A DNA stretch of 37,052 nucleotides from a virus. Taxonomy: Duplodnaviria > Caudoviricetes. The DNA lies in the IMG/VR virus record IMGVR_UViG_3300005323_000075, positions 1-37,052 of that record; one strand, 5' to 3'. The notes below the pieces were generated by a model. It was not told the DNA's origin and ran no database searches. It saw nothing but the letters and a program-made list of their open reading frames with translations. Position 1 is the stretch's first letter, and each line of letters begins with the position of its first letter. A program made the position numbers and the translations under genes. Of the stretch, positions 7,738-16,705 are shown in pieces.

Positions 7738-9752
7738 TATCCCTCCTGCAGCCCGAGCGAAGATCGGGAGTCATTGAAGAGGGTATAGAGTACGTCTTTC
7801 ACTGCCTGTGCAATCGCGCCTGGATCCCCGCTGCCGACGCTGATATTGATTACGGGAGCGAAAATGGCTGATTTTGAAGATTCTTTTCCTGACCCGAGAG
7901 GAATAACAGTTCCAGATACAGTAGGCCGAAAGTATTCCCGATTATTCTCATTTACCCGGTAGAGCTTTCCAGCTTCGACATCTCCGCCGTTTGCTCGAGC
8001 TCCGGCGATCTCAGGTTTTGATTCCGCAAAAATGGATATGCCTTTCTGTAGCCATGCGGGCGCAATATCAGAAAAGAGCGTTTTGAGCTTCGCAGGTATT
8101 CCCGCGAAGAATTCAACGATCTTGTCCGGAAGAGATTTGAACCACGCACTGATCTCATCCCAGTAAACGTACAGGGCTGAAACAGGAAAGAGCGCCATAA
8201 CAATATATTTGCCATACGTGGAGATCATACTGATCAGTCCGCTTACGGCACGAGAGAAAAAACTCTTGATCTCGTCCCAGTAAACGTACAGGGCTGACAG
8301 CGGAAAAATCGCCATCACGAAGAATTTTCCGTACTTCTTCAGGAACTCGTAGATCGCGAGCACGCCGTTTTTTATCACACCGAAAAATCCGGAAAATGCC
8401 GCCGGCCCGCCGGTAGCCAGTCCGATGATATTCTTTATCAGCCATGCAATAAATGTAAGCGGAGCGAACAACACCTTCAGAACTGTTCCCAGGACTCCGC
8501 CTTTATCGATCCATTTCCCTATGACGGACTCTCCGCCGGTTAACCAGGTGTAGAGGTCTTCTATAATAAGTATAAGTGCCATGACGACGGCGATAATGAC
8601 ATATACAGGCCAAAGAGCTGCAATCATACTTATTGCCAGTGAACCGAATGCACTGACGAGGGACATTACTGCACCAACCGCAAGGACCCCTATTACAGGG
8701 ATAATCGCGACAAAGACGGTTTTCAGTATTCCCATTGCAACAGGGGATTTAAGAAGCCATGATAAAAATTCACCGGCTGTATTAAGAAATGGTTTAAGTG
8801 CATTCAGCAGCATTTCACCGAGTGATTTTTTAATCTCATCGATATTTCCGGTAACAGTGGACATTATTCCCGTAAATGTTTTGGACTGTTTATCCATCGA
8901 TCCGAAGAAAATGCCTCCCGCAGAAGTTAAACCCTGCAGTGACTTTTCCAAAGTCTTGAAATTTATCTGTCCGCTCGAGGCCATATCGAAGACTTGTTTT
9001 TCGGTAACGCCCATTGAGTCTGCCAACGCGCCATAGAGCACCGGCATTTGCTGGAGCATCTCATTATCGGCTTTATCCAACGCGTGTGCTTTCCCCACCA
9101 TTCGGGCAAGATCCTCATAGCTCTTGCCTGTACCGCTTGCGACATCCCCAATCGTATTCATCAGTGGAATAAGATCTTCCTGCGCCACTTTGTATTGCAG
9201 TAATGCCTGTGCAGACGCGTTGACCTCTTTGGGCTCAAACGGAGTTTTAATGGAAAACTGATTTAACTCATTTAATACGCTTTTTGCTTTATCCGCGCTT
9301 CCGAGCATAACTTCAAACGACATCGACGTTTGCTCAAAAGAGGCTGCTGATTTAAGCATCCCGCCCATAAAGGTAATGGCGCCAGCAAGTGCAATTCCAG
9401 CCGCAAAAGCTTTGAATGCTGCACCGACTCTCCCTAGTTTCCCGGAGGCATTCTCCGATTCGGTAGCAAGCTTCTTTACTTCAGACGAAGCAACACCGAA
9501 CTGTTTCGCAAAGTCGTTAATTTGGTTGTCTCGCAATTTTGTCTTCGCGAGAGCGTCGAGCTGATTCTTTGTCAGCCCGATCTTCTTTGCGTATTCAGCC
9601 ATTTCTTTTTCGACATTATTGATGGACGCAGCGGCTTTGTCTCCATGCACTTTCATGTCGGAGAACTTCCTGTTTGCCTCTTCGGCTGCGGACACATCGC
9701 TGTCGAATTTGACAGCCATGTGCAGCGATCTGACTGCGCCAGGTGATCCCAT
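7737..9752 (-). CDS. Tail tape measure protein
   Basis: FEVMLGS...A......F...TPF tape-measure domain, hydrophobic core and C-terminal RANGG...G..Y.V.E motif. Confidence 0.9.
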   Translation of the reverse strand: MGSPGAVRSLHMAVKFDSDVSAAEEANRKFSDMKVHGDKAAASINNVEKEMAEYAKKIGLTKNQLDALAKTKLRDNQINDFAKQFGVASSEVKKLATESENASGKLGRVGAAFKAFAAGIALAGAITFMGGMLKSAASFEQTSMSFEVMLGSADKAKSVLNELNQFSIKTPFEPKEVNASAQALLQYKVAQEDLIPLMNTIGDVASGTGKSYEDLARMVGKAHALDKADNEMLQQMPVLYGALADSMGVTEKQVFDMASSGQINFKTLEKSLQGLTSAGGIFFGSMDKQSKTFTGIMSTVTGNIDEIKKSLGEMLLNALKPFLNTAGEFLSWLLKSPVAMGILKTVFVAIIPVIGVLAVGAVMSLVSAFGSLAISMIAALWPVYVIIAVVMALILIIEDLYTWLTGGESVIGKWIDKGGVLGTVLKVLFAPLTFIAWLIKNIIGLATGGPAAFSGFFGVIKNGVLAIYEFLKKYGKFFVMAIFPLSALYVYWDEIKSFFSRAVSGLISMISTYGKYIVMALFPVSALYVYWDEISAWFKSLPDKIVEFFAGIPAKLKTLFSDIAPAWLQKGISIFAESKPEIAGARANGGDVEAGKLYRVNENNREYFRPTVSGTVIPLGSGKESSKSAIFAPVINISVGSGDPGAIAQAVKDVLYTLFNDSRSSLGLQEG

Positions 9753-10012
9753 TAGCTCTCGCTCTCCTTTTTTGCTTGCTCGAAAGCGTCCCGTTCCAGT
9801 TCCGCCCGTTCATCCATTGCGGCATTCACTTCCCGTATAAATTCCGGCAGCGCAGCATCGTATTCAGCGGAGGGGATTGTCACTTTCCCGTAGACGATCG
9901 GCCTCCAGTACGACCAGCTCCTTCGAATATTATTCCGAGCTTCCCTGTACAATTCTGCCGCGCTTGGTTCCGGTTTCCTCAGGTCCGGCCGTTTCATACT
10001 GAATGTCCCCAT
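9752..10012 (-). CDS. Tail assembly chaperone, downstream ORF (gpT-like)
   Basis: Overlaps the upstream chaperone ORF by 83 bp in the +1/-2 frame and abuts the tape measure gene. Confidence 0.6.
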   Translation of the reverse strand: MGTFSMKRPDLRKPEPSAAELYREARNNIRRSWSYWRPIVYGKVTIPSAEYDAALPEFIREVNAAMDERAELERDAFEQAKKESES

Positions 10013-10304
10013 CCAGAAATCGGCGGAGAAGTTTTTCCCACACCTCCAGCTCTTTCGGGGTTACGTTATCGACAGTCGGTTTGAAATCGTGTCCGTCAGG
10101 AATTACGCAGTGTTCGAACGAATAATCGAGATGTTTCTCGCGGTCGATACCGGAAGCAATGTTGATACACTCTTTCTCCCAGGCGAGCTTCGTGCGGTTG
10201 CCGGGGTGCAGCAGTTTATACTTGCGCCCGTCGATCATATCGATGTGCAGCATCTTGCCGTTCATCGATTCCCCTGTCACGATAGGGGTGGTTGTCTTTT
10301 TCAT
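9930..10304 (-). CDS. Tail assembly chaperone (gpG-like)
   Basis: Between tail tube and tape measure genes, with GAGGAGG RBS. Confidence 0.7.
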   Translation of the reverse strand: MKKTTTPIVTGESMNGKMLHIDMIDGRKYKLLHPGNRTKLAWEKECINIASGIDREKHLDYSFEHCVIPDGHDFKPTVDNVTPKELEVWEKLLRRFLDGDIQYETAGPEETGTKRGRIVQGSSE

Positions 10305-10357
10305 CTGATCCTCCTCTGATGTTTTCGGGTGGCCGCGTTTGCGACTCCAGTGATATA

Positions 10358-10771
10358 CTATTCAGGAAGCTGCACGCCGCTGAAATCCGCGGCGATAAGT
10401 TTCCATTCCTTCACCTGTTCCTCAGCACCGAACTTGATGCTCGGTTTTTCGGCGACGAGACATTCCGCGGCGCCACCGGTATACGCTCCGCCGCTTTTGT
10501 TGATCACCGAAAACGGGAAGAGGCTCGGCGAACGAAGAAGCCCCTCAAGCACGATATTCGACGGTGAACTCTGTTTGAACCGGATAGTGATCATTGCACG
10601 ATCATCATTGATTTTTGTGAAGGTAACGTCGCCGTCGACCCCGCAGTGCGATTTGAAGTTTTCCTTCGTGACGGGCTCAACAATGACTTTGTCGCCGTCA
10701 CCGAATCCGGTCATAGGAATCCCTCCAACGATTACATGCACGTTTTTGGGATCATATACTGTTCTTTTCAT
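10358..10771 (-). CDS. Tail tube protein (DUF3277-like)
   Basis: YDPKNV...G....GF, G.DG and L/F.Q.SPSN motifs. Confidence 0.85.
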   Translation of the reverse strand: MKRTVYDPKNVHVIVGGIPMTGFGDGDKVIVEPVTKENFKSHCGVDGDVTFTKINDDRAMITIRFKQSSPSNIVLEGLLRSPSLFPFSVINKSGGAYTGGAAECLVAEKPSIKFGAEEQVKEWKLIAADFSGVQLPE

Positions 10772-10809
10772 ATTATCTCTCCTATCGTATCAGAGTTATT
10801 GTCGACCGG

Positions 10810-11844
10810 TCAGACCGTGATGACTCCATCGATCGTAAGCTCGTGAACCGCACCAGATGCGATCAGCTTGAAAGCGACACCTGGGATTTTTCGCGCCGCA
10901 CGATCTATAGCTGCAATGTCGCTGCGCTCCGGAATAGTTACAGTATATTGATAGATTCCTTCGTCCGAGTTTTTCTTGTCTGCATCGGTATCAACTGTCG
11001 CGATCATGCCCATGCTGCCGCAAATGCGGAGCCGGGTCCTTATCACCGACTCGATCTGGGTGATGCCCTGATTTGTGTAGGGGATTTTATCGCAATTCAC
11101 CTGAAGGCTGAAGATATCGGTTCCCAGCGTTGACTTGATATAGTCACGTATCTGGATGATGTCGATGTATTCACCGCCGGTAGTGATGCCCTCGTCAGAG
11201 TACACAATTCCCGCCCGTTCACTCATGGTAAATCCGTGTTTCTCGCGGATTGTGTTGAGCTGCGTCAGCGTGAAGTTCGACGCAGTGACGCCGTTCGGAG
11301 CTTTCCACTTCCAGGTGTAGCTGCCGGGGGTCTTCGGCAGACACATGCCCACCAGCGCGCATTCGGGATACGTTTCAGGCGAGGAGTGGATCAAATATGC
11401 TTCGCGGATGTTGTTACGACTATCGAGCGCAGTAATATCCGACGTGCAGCCGAAGAAGATCTTGTCGATGGACGAAGCGGCATCTCCGGCAGAATGCAGA
11501 CTCGCCTTATCCCGCTCGGGAATAAGCAGCACATACCAGTCGCGGTCGGCGACAAGCGCCACTACATCGGCAATAAGATCGTCCGTATCGCGGACATAAA
11601 TAGCGATCTTGGGGACTGTTGGTGACTGCGCGAAGATAGCTGATGCCATTTTGTATTCGGGATCACTCGACGTAAAGCCTGCTGTCAGCATCGAGGCGAG
11701 GTCAGCAAACTCGTTATATGTGCCGAGAAGCACACCCGCTGATTTTTCGCCCAAAATGAGTGGCGTACCGAAGCCTGCTTGCGATACCGGTTTGGTTGCC
11801 AGCGAAATATTTATCTTCAGGTCGTTGATAAACTGATTGCTCAT
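10810..11844 (-). CDS. Contractile tail sheath (DUF3383 family)
   Basis: GFG.PLILG, PGS.TWK.K, G..T.GEYID and KIPYT..GI motifs. Confidence 0.88.
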   Translation of the reverse strand: MSNQFINDLKINISLATKPVSQAGFGTPLILGEKSAGVLLGTYNEFADLASMLTAGFTSSDPEYKMASAIFAQSPTVPKIAIYVRDTDDLIADVVALVADRDWYVLLIPERDKASLHSAGDAASSIDKIFFGCTSDITALDSRNNIREAYLIHSSPETYPECALVGMCLPKTPGSYTWKWKAPNGVTASNFTLTQLNTIREKHGFTMSERAGIVYSDEGITTGGEYIDIIQIRDYIKSTLGTDIFSLQVNCDKIPYTNQGITQIESVIRTRLRICGSMGMIATVDTDADKKNSDEGIYQYTVTIPERSDIAAIDRAARKIPGVAFKLIASGAVHELTIDGVITV

Positions 11845-11845
11845 G

Positions 11846-12355
11846 TCAATCCTCCAGAATGAGTGTTTTCAAAATGTATTCGATATCAATGACATCGACT
11901 TCGCGCTCACGAGAAACAATCGATGAGAGTTTTACATCGAATCCGAATTTATATTCCCAGTCAGTTTCAAGCTGTACGGTGCGATCCTGCGGTTCCGATA
12001 TTCTCGTCGCAGTGATTCCCAGCGGCTCGCAAACATTCTCGGCAATATCATCCCACCAGTCGCAGGCGTTCCAGACTATCTTCCACAACTCGTGTGCGTC
12101 GCTGTGCATGAACGTCAGTGAGATAGGCAAATCACATTGCCCTTTATACGATATTATGCACTTTGTGCTGTCTCCTGCCTTGGGCTTCGTCTCGATCACC
12201 GCAAGGTGCGCTTTCTCCCTTAGCATTTCTGTAACTTTGAAGGTGGCATACGGATACGGCGGCTTATCACCTTTCTGTTCGGATCTGATAATCTTCGTCT
12301 GGATGTCGGCTCCGAATGCGGAGAAGATTGAGTTCAGCGATTCAAGCATTGGCAT
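11846..12355 (-). CDS. Neck/tail terminator protein
   Basis: Q....PPYPY.T and ...FDV motifs, located upstream of the sheath. Confidence 0.65.
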   Translation of the reverse strand: MPMLESLNSIFSAFGADIQTKIIRSEQKGDKPPYPYATFKVTEMLREKAHLAVIETKPKAGDSTKCIISYKGQCDLPISLTFMHSDAHELWKIVWNACDWWDDIAENVCEPLGITATRISEPQDRTVQLETDWEYKFGFDVKLSSIVSREREVDVIDIEYILKTLILED

Positions 12356-12698
12356 CCTCTGTTTGGGTCACGATACGCTTCGCAAAGTATACCGTGAAGC
12401 CGCCTTCGAAATTGCGATCCTGAATATCCCGGACTTCGTATGTATTATTTTCAGATATAAAAACATCCTTGAAATCATATCGCCGCGGGCCGGTGTGATA
12501 GAAACGCTTATCTCCGGCAGTATAGCTCCCTTCGGGCATCATTTTCATTGTTATCGCGGTTACAGGAAGAACACACATTGTTGTTTCTTCTTTCACCGGA
12601 TTCGGAGCCGGTACCCATTCAACGCCGATATATGTGCCAGCTGATTTTCTGAGTACAGTTACCGGTCGCTCAAATTCTGCAAAATGTTCCAGCATCAC
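12342..12698 (-). CDS. Head-tail joining (head closure) protein
   Basis: G.Y.G..W and PEG motifs, plus synteny. Confidence 0.6.
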   Translation of the reverse strand: MMLEHFAEFERPVTVLRKSAGTYIGVEWVPAPNPVKEETTMCVLPVTAITMKMMPEGSYTAGDKRFYHTGPRRYDFKDVFISENNTYEVRDIQDRNFEGGFTVYFAKRIVTQTEDANA

Positions 12699-13321
12699 AC
12701 TACCTCAAAGCTTATTGATTTCAGCAAATCTGCTCCATCAATCAGCGTGCCTTTTTTGCCGCCTTTCAATTGAGCAGTCAGTGGTGCATTCGCTGGTTGT
12801 ATATTCGATGAAATCCGCTGCTTGACGCTTGATACGTACGATGCGCCAAGTGCCGAAAGGATAAGATCTGCGTCTATCGATCCAGCAATGAGCTGATTCA
12901 TCATATCGCCGAGAATCCGTTCCGCTCTGTCATGAGTTTCGCGTCGATCGAAGGCTCCTCGGAGATACGAACGTTCCGGAATCTTCACCTGTTTTTTTAG
13001 AATGAAAATCCGCTGTATCTGGTTCTTCCCGTTTTTACGAGCGAGAAAGCCATGCCCCTTGTTAGACCCCGGAACAAAAAACAATTCGTCTCCGAAATCT
13101 TTAGGCCGCTTTCCCTTCGCCTCGGGAACAAGTGGGATAGCGAGAAATCCCTTCTTTGCCTTGATCGTTGCGCCGAATTCATTGGCTCCGGCTATCGTTG
13201 CCAGATGTGACCCGTCGGCGCAGTTGGGCCCAATTTTGATCGTTTTACCTTTCAGCGACGATATTTCGCGGATCACGCGCTTCACCGTTTCGTCGCTCGA
13301 TATAGTACACTTGGCTGGCAT
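12695..13321 (-). CDS. Neck/virion morphogenesis protein
   Basis: A..NEFGA.I, IPERS.LR and NAP.T...K....LID motifs. Confidence 0.7.
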   Translation of the reverse strand: MPAKCTISSDETVKRVIREISSLKGKTIKIGPNCADGSHLATIAGANEFGATIKAKKGFLAIPLVPEAKGKRPKDFGDELFFVPGSNKGHGFLARKNGKNQIQRIFILKKQVKIPERSYLRGAFDRRETHDRAERILGDMMNQLIAGSIDADLILSALGASYVSSVKQRISSNIQPANAPLTAQLKGGKKGTLIDGADLLKSISFEVV

Positions 13322-13326
13322 AACAT

Positions 13327-13668
13327 CTATGCTCCGAATCGTCCCTGGAACCCGAAGATCTGAGTTTTTATCCTTTTATAGACCGACAGGAAAGATCCTT
13401 CAGGTTCTCCCTGTCGCTGCGCGAACGTCGTTGAAACGTCCCCGATACTTTTTGACTGAATGGTTCCAACTGTAATCACGCCGCGCATCTCGAGCAGATA
13501 ACCTGCATATGCCATCTGTAGATCCGAAAAAGCTTCATGATCCTCCGCTATTCCATCCCGGATGGTGTGCCGTTTTGCCTGGTCAAGCGCCGCAACAAGC
13601 AGATCTTCACCTGCCGATGCGGCGCCGCCAAGGTAACGACGGAATTCTGTTGCGGAGGAGGTCGCCAT
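13327..13668 (-). CDS. Head-tail adaptor (DUF4054-like)
   Basis: S.SIGDVS..F motif, directly after the capsid gene. Confidence 0.6.
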   Translation of the reverse strand: MATSSATEFRRYLGGAASAGEDLLVAALDQAKRHTIRDGIAEDHEAFSDLQMAYAGYLLEMRGVITVGTIQSKSIGDVSTTFAQRQGEPEGSFLSVYKRIKTQIFGFQGRFGA

Positions 13669-14615
13669 CAGATTCCGGTGCCTACATAGATTGCGCTCGG
13701 GTGGCGGATGATCGCCCCTGCGGTTCTTTCGGTAACAGCCTGCTCGGATGTGCCGATGATATCGTATACGGGTTCACCGAGAATGATGTCTTCAGGCACC
13801 GCGAGTTCGATTATCTCAGGGCTGTTGTCCAGCACGAGAAATGCATCGACAGTTGAAAATCCGTTATTGGCTGCAGAAAGCGAACGAGTCTTGATGATCT
13901 TCTCGAAGGTCATACCCTGCGTCTGAAGCCATGACAGTATGGTCATCGGGGACTGATCCGAATAGGGCTGCAGAAGCTTGTTGTATGCGCTCGGGGGCAG
14001 AGCCAGCACCTTTGCGGTGAAGAACCCGTCGGCTTCAACGTTTGTTTTTGCAGTGAGGAGATCCTTTAAAATTTCCTTGGGAGTTTTATTCGCCCAGAGT
14101 TTTTTCGCTGCGCCGGTTCCGGTAACCCCGTCCGCGACAGCTTCCTTTGTAATCCCCGTTTTATTGAGTACGCCGTAAATTCCGTGTTTTGATGAACCGA
14201 CAAAGAACAGTTCATTTTCTTTTTCCGCGACGAAACGACGTGCGCTTGAAACGCGAAGTGTATCGAGCTGCACGGCAGGGCCCTTGCCGAGAGCAGATTT
14301 CGCCTGCGTGGCGAGACGTTCGCTCTTGGTATAACGCACTCCGGTCGCGATCTCGTAAACATTCATGGTCTCGCGACCGCCATGTTCCCCGACAAACGGG
14401 ATATCCTTGGCTGATCCGCCTGCAGCGAGGATTATCGCAGATCCTTTACGATCATACCAGTCGTAGCCAATCTCCGCTGCATAAGGCGGAAAGTTTGTAT
14501 TGACGCTCGCTATCTGGCGAGCGACGAGCTCGTCCTTCTTTGCTTCGTAAAGCACATTCTCTATTGAGAGAAGGTCGTCTTTGGTGAGAGAAATTGCATC
14601 CTGACGTACTGACAT
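13668..14615 (-). CDS. Major capsid protein (DUF2184/encapsulin-like HK97 fold)
   Basis: N...F.G....GI.G.LN, W..KT..EIL.D and R..G.II..P.A motifs. Confidence 0.85.
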   Translation of the reverse strand: MSVRQDAISLTKDDLLSIENVLYEAKKDELVARQIASVNTNFPPYAAEIGYDWYDRKGSAIILAAGGSAKDIPFVGEHGGRETMNVYEIATGVRYTKSERLATQAKSALGKGPAVQLDTLRVSSARRFVAEKENELFFVGSSKHGIYGVLNKTGITKEAVADGVTGTGAAKKLWANKTPKEILKDLLTAKTNVEADGFFTAKVLALPPSAYNKLLQPYSDQSPMTILSWLQTQGMTFEKIIKTRSLSAANNGFSTVDAFLVLDNSPEIIELAVPEDIILGEPVYDIIGTSEQAVTERTAGAIIRHPSAIYVGTGI

Positions 14616-14639
14616 ATCAGTCTCCTTGTTGTGTCGTTA

Positions 14640-15137
14640 TTACGCTGCCGGTGTTGCGGTCAGCTGTGCGCCTTCAGGGATAAACACAACAGCGATACCG
14701 CCCGCGTCTGCGCCCTCGATTACTTCCGCACCGTTGATGAGGGCTGTCTTTCCGGCAGTTGCCGTTTTGACAAAGCGTGCCATATCTGCCGTATCAGAAA
14801 TCTTGGTATGGATCACATACAGAGGATCTCCCTTGCTCACCGTCTCTCCGACGCGTACAGTCATTACGCCGCCGCGAATCACCGCGACAGGGTCTTTGTC
14901 CGCATATGCGCCGTTGTCGAAATCACTCGCCTCATACGAGTATCCGGCAACGCCGGCAAAACGATCCTCGGCGCCGTTGAGCACCGACACGCCTTCGCCG
15001 TCATGTGCGAGCGCAAGGCCGAAGACGATAGCGCCGACCGCAACGCTCGATGAGATGTGATTTGCCGGATGATGCTGCGCGATCATTCCCGGAGTGCTAA
15101 GGCTTCCGCCATTCAGTGTTCCTGCAGGTATTGACAT
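14640..15137 (-). CDS. Capsid decoration/cement protein
   Basis: Lies between protease and capsid genes. FG.A, F.GVA and V...G...V motifs. Confidence 0.7.
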   Translation of the reverse strand: MSIPAGTLNGGSLSTPGMIAQHHPANHISSSVAVGAIVFGLALAHDGEGVSVLNGAEDRFAGVAGYSYEASDFDNGAYADKDPVAVIRGGVMTVRVGETVSKGDPLYVIHTKISDTADMARFVKTATAGKTALINGAEVIEGADAGGIAVVFIPEGAQLTATPAA

Positions 15138-15147
15138 GGTTTTCCCC

Positions 15148-16317
15148 TTACTTTATGTCCTGAATATTAAGTCTGGACTGGCGCTTCTTTTCGATAGCCG
15201 CCTCGTCCAGACGCTGAGAAGACCCGTTCCCGCGATCGCCTCTGACGGCGGCTTTCTCGCGTTCGATGGCGAGGGCCGCGTCGAAGCGCGCGTCGATCAC
15301 CGCGTCATCGCATGCGTCGTTTTTCACCGAAGCGTCGAACGGCAGCGTTTTGCCGATCACGGCGAGTTTGATTTCCTTGTCCTTCATTCCGTCGGTTTTC
15401 ACGTCGGGGATGATGGCGCGGGCCGCGTCGATAAGTTTCGTGCGTGCACAAATGAGTGCGTCGAGCGTTTCGGGGGCTGTCGCCTCCGCCGCCTTCTTCG
15501 TGATTTCATCAAGCTGTTTTGTCTTCTCTGTCAGAAGAAGCTTCAGCGCTTCAATCTGCGCATTAAGAAGGGTGACATCGTCTGATGCCGGTTCATCCTC
15601 TGTTTCCTTTTCCTTTTTTGCCGGATCAACGGCTGGAGGAATATCATCCTCGTCTGTGTGAAAAAGTGTTCCCACGAAAGCTTTAAAAGCTTCAAAGGCG
15701 CCTTTCTCGTCGATGCGCGTCTTTTGTTTCATCTCGTCACTCCTTACTGATGTATCATCGCTCATTACCGCGACGTCGTCGGCTCCGTCCAGATAGGTGC
15801 GACAGGATTCTCCCGCGCGTCCTTGCGGAACGTGAGCCAGATGGTTGATCACGATATTTCTTTGTGCTGCGTCGTAGCGTTCCCCTTTGTATTCACCGGG
15901 GGTGTCGTCAATGTCGGTTCTAAACCCTACGGAAACCTCGACTGATTCGCCGCGCTCCAGCTTAGCGATAAGCGCTGCGTCAAACACGGTTTCTGTTGCG
16001 CAGATATGCCCGTCCTCAACAACGATGCTGTCGCCGAGAGAGCCTTTGACGTACTTTGATGCGTTCTGGGGTGTAACCAGTCCTTTGGAGTCGGACACGG
16101 GCGGATGCCCATCGGTTATAGGAGCGCCCTTTGCCGAGTTGATGGTCAGTTCGGAAAATAGTTCATCCGCAAGCTTTGCCTCACGATATACTTTACCGTC
16201 AGGGTAGATGTAGGGGAAAACTCCGTCGCGGGCGATCTTCACCCTTGCACGGAGAAATCCTTCCCCTGTTTCGATCGGTTCGATTGAACCACGGTCATAT
16301 CTGTACGACGTTTTCAT
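15148..16317 (-). CDS. Prohead protease/scaffold (DUF2213 family)
   Basis: EGFL......AR.GV, PIT..HP, VS.G, NHLA.V..GRAG motifs and a charged scaffold tail. Likely start is MKTS at 16317. Confidence 0.88.
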   Translation of the reverse strand: MKTSYRYDRGSIEPIETGEGFLRARVKIARDGVFPYIYPDGKVYREAKLADELFSELTINSAKGAPITDGHPPVSDSKGLVTPQNASKYVKGSLGDSIVVEDGHICATETVFDAALIAKLERGESVEVSVGFRTDIDDTPGEYKGERYDAAQRNIVINHLAHVPQGRAGESCRTYLDGADDVAVMSDDTSVRSDEMKQKTRIDEKGAFEAFKAFVGTLFHTDEDDIPPAVDPAKKEKETEDEPASDDVTLLNAQIEALKLLLTEKTKQLDEITKKAAEATAPETLDALICARTKLIDAARAIIPDVKTDGMKDKEIKLAVIGKTLPFDASVKNDACDDAVIDARFDAALAIEREKAAVRGDRGNGSSQRLDEAAIEKKRQSRLNIQDIK

Positions 16318-16351
16318 TGCGCAGAGGATACGCAGATTTCTCCTCACGCCA

Positions 16352-16416
16352 CAAGGTGGACGTTTCACGATAAACGCCGACCTTTCCGCTATTTCCGTAA
16401 TTTTCCGTTATTGCCG
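16352..16416 (-). promoter_or_regulatory. Late-promoter element, copy 1 (head operon)
   Basis: 16352-16400 matches 22831-22879 at 44/49 nt. It is followed on the - strand by TTGTGG-N18-TATCCT and contains periodic TTTCCG repeats. Confidence 0.75.
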
Positions 16417-16430
16417 ATCTTTTTTGAGAT

Positions 16431-16461
16431 AAAAAAGCCGCCCGGTGATTCCGGGCGGCTT
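16431..16461 (-). terminator. Intrinsic terminator after the terminase/portal/MuF operon
   Basis: AAGCCGCCCGG-TGATT-CCGGGCGGCTT stem with a U-run on the - strand. Confidence 0.85.
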
Positions 16462-16495
16462 CGTGTTTATTGAATCCATTATAACTTGAAAATAC

Positions 16496-16705
16496 TCAAT
16501 GCAGTCCGACGCAATCAGGCAGGAAAGAAAGTCGATAGGTATCAAGATCCTTTCGCGCTTCAACTTCAGACAGGCCGGTGTAATACATCCTGAAGAGAAC
16601 CAGCTCATCATCAGAGGCAACCCCTTCCTGGGCCCTGTAGCGCAGAGAGGCTAGATCCGTTCCATTGAGCTGCTTCATTTTCCTTTCCAGATCTGTCATA
16701 ATCAT
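16496..16705 (-). CDS. Small protein coupled to MuF (candidate immunity/partner)
   Basis: ATGA overlap with the MuF stop codon, AAGGA upstream, last gene before the terminator. Confidence 0.6.
   Translation of the reverse strand: MIMTDLERKMKQLNGTDLASLRYRAQEGVASDDELVLFRMYYTGLSEVEARKDLDTYRLSFLPDCVGLH

Noticed and set aside
11859-13475. Long + strand ORFs antisense to virion genes (for example 11859..12644, 13002..13475)
   Set aside because: These are shadow frames of well-supported - strand genes with no RBS or motifs. The same applies to most other overlapping ORFs in the track.
13668-14615. Encapsulin nanocompartment
   Set aside because: The gene is embedded in a terminase-portal-protease-tail operon, so it is the phage capsid.
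16318-16368. 17-aa N-terminal extension of the protease ORF
   Set aside because: It runs through the duplicated regulatory element. MKTS at 16317 is the more plausible start.
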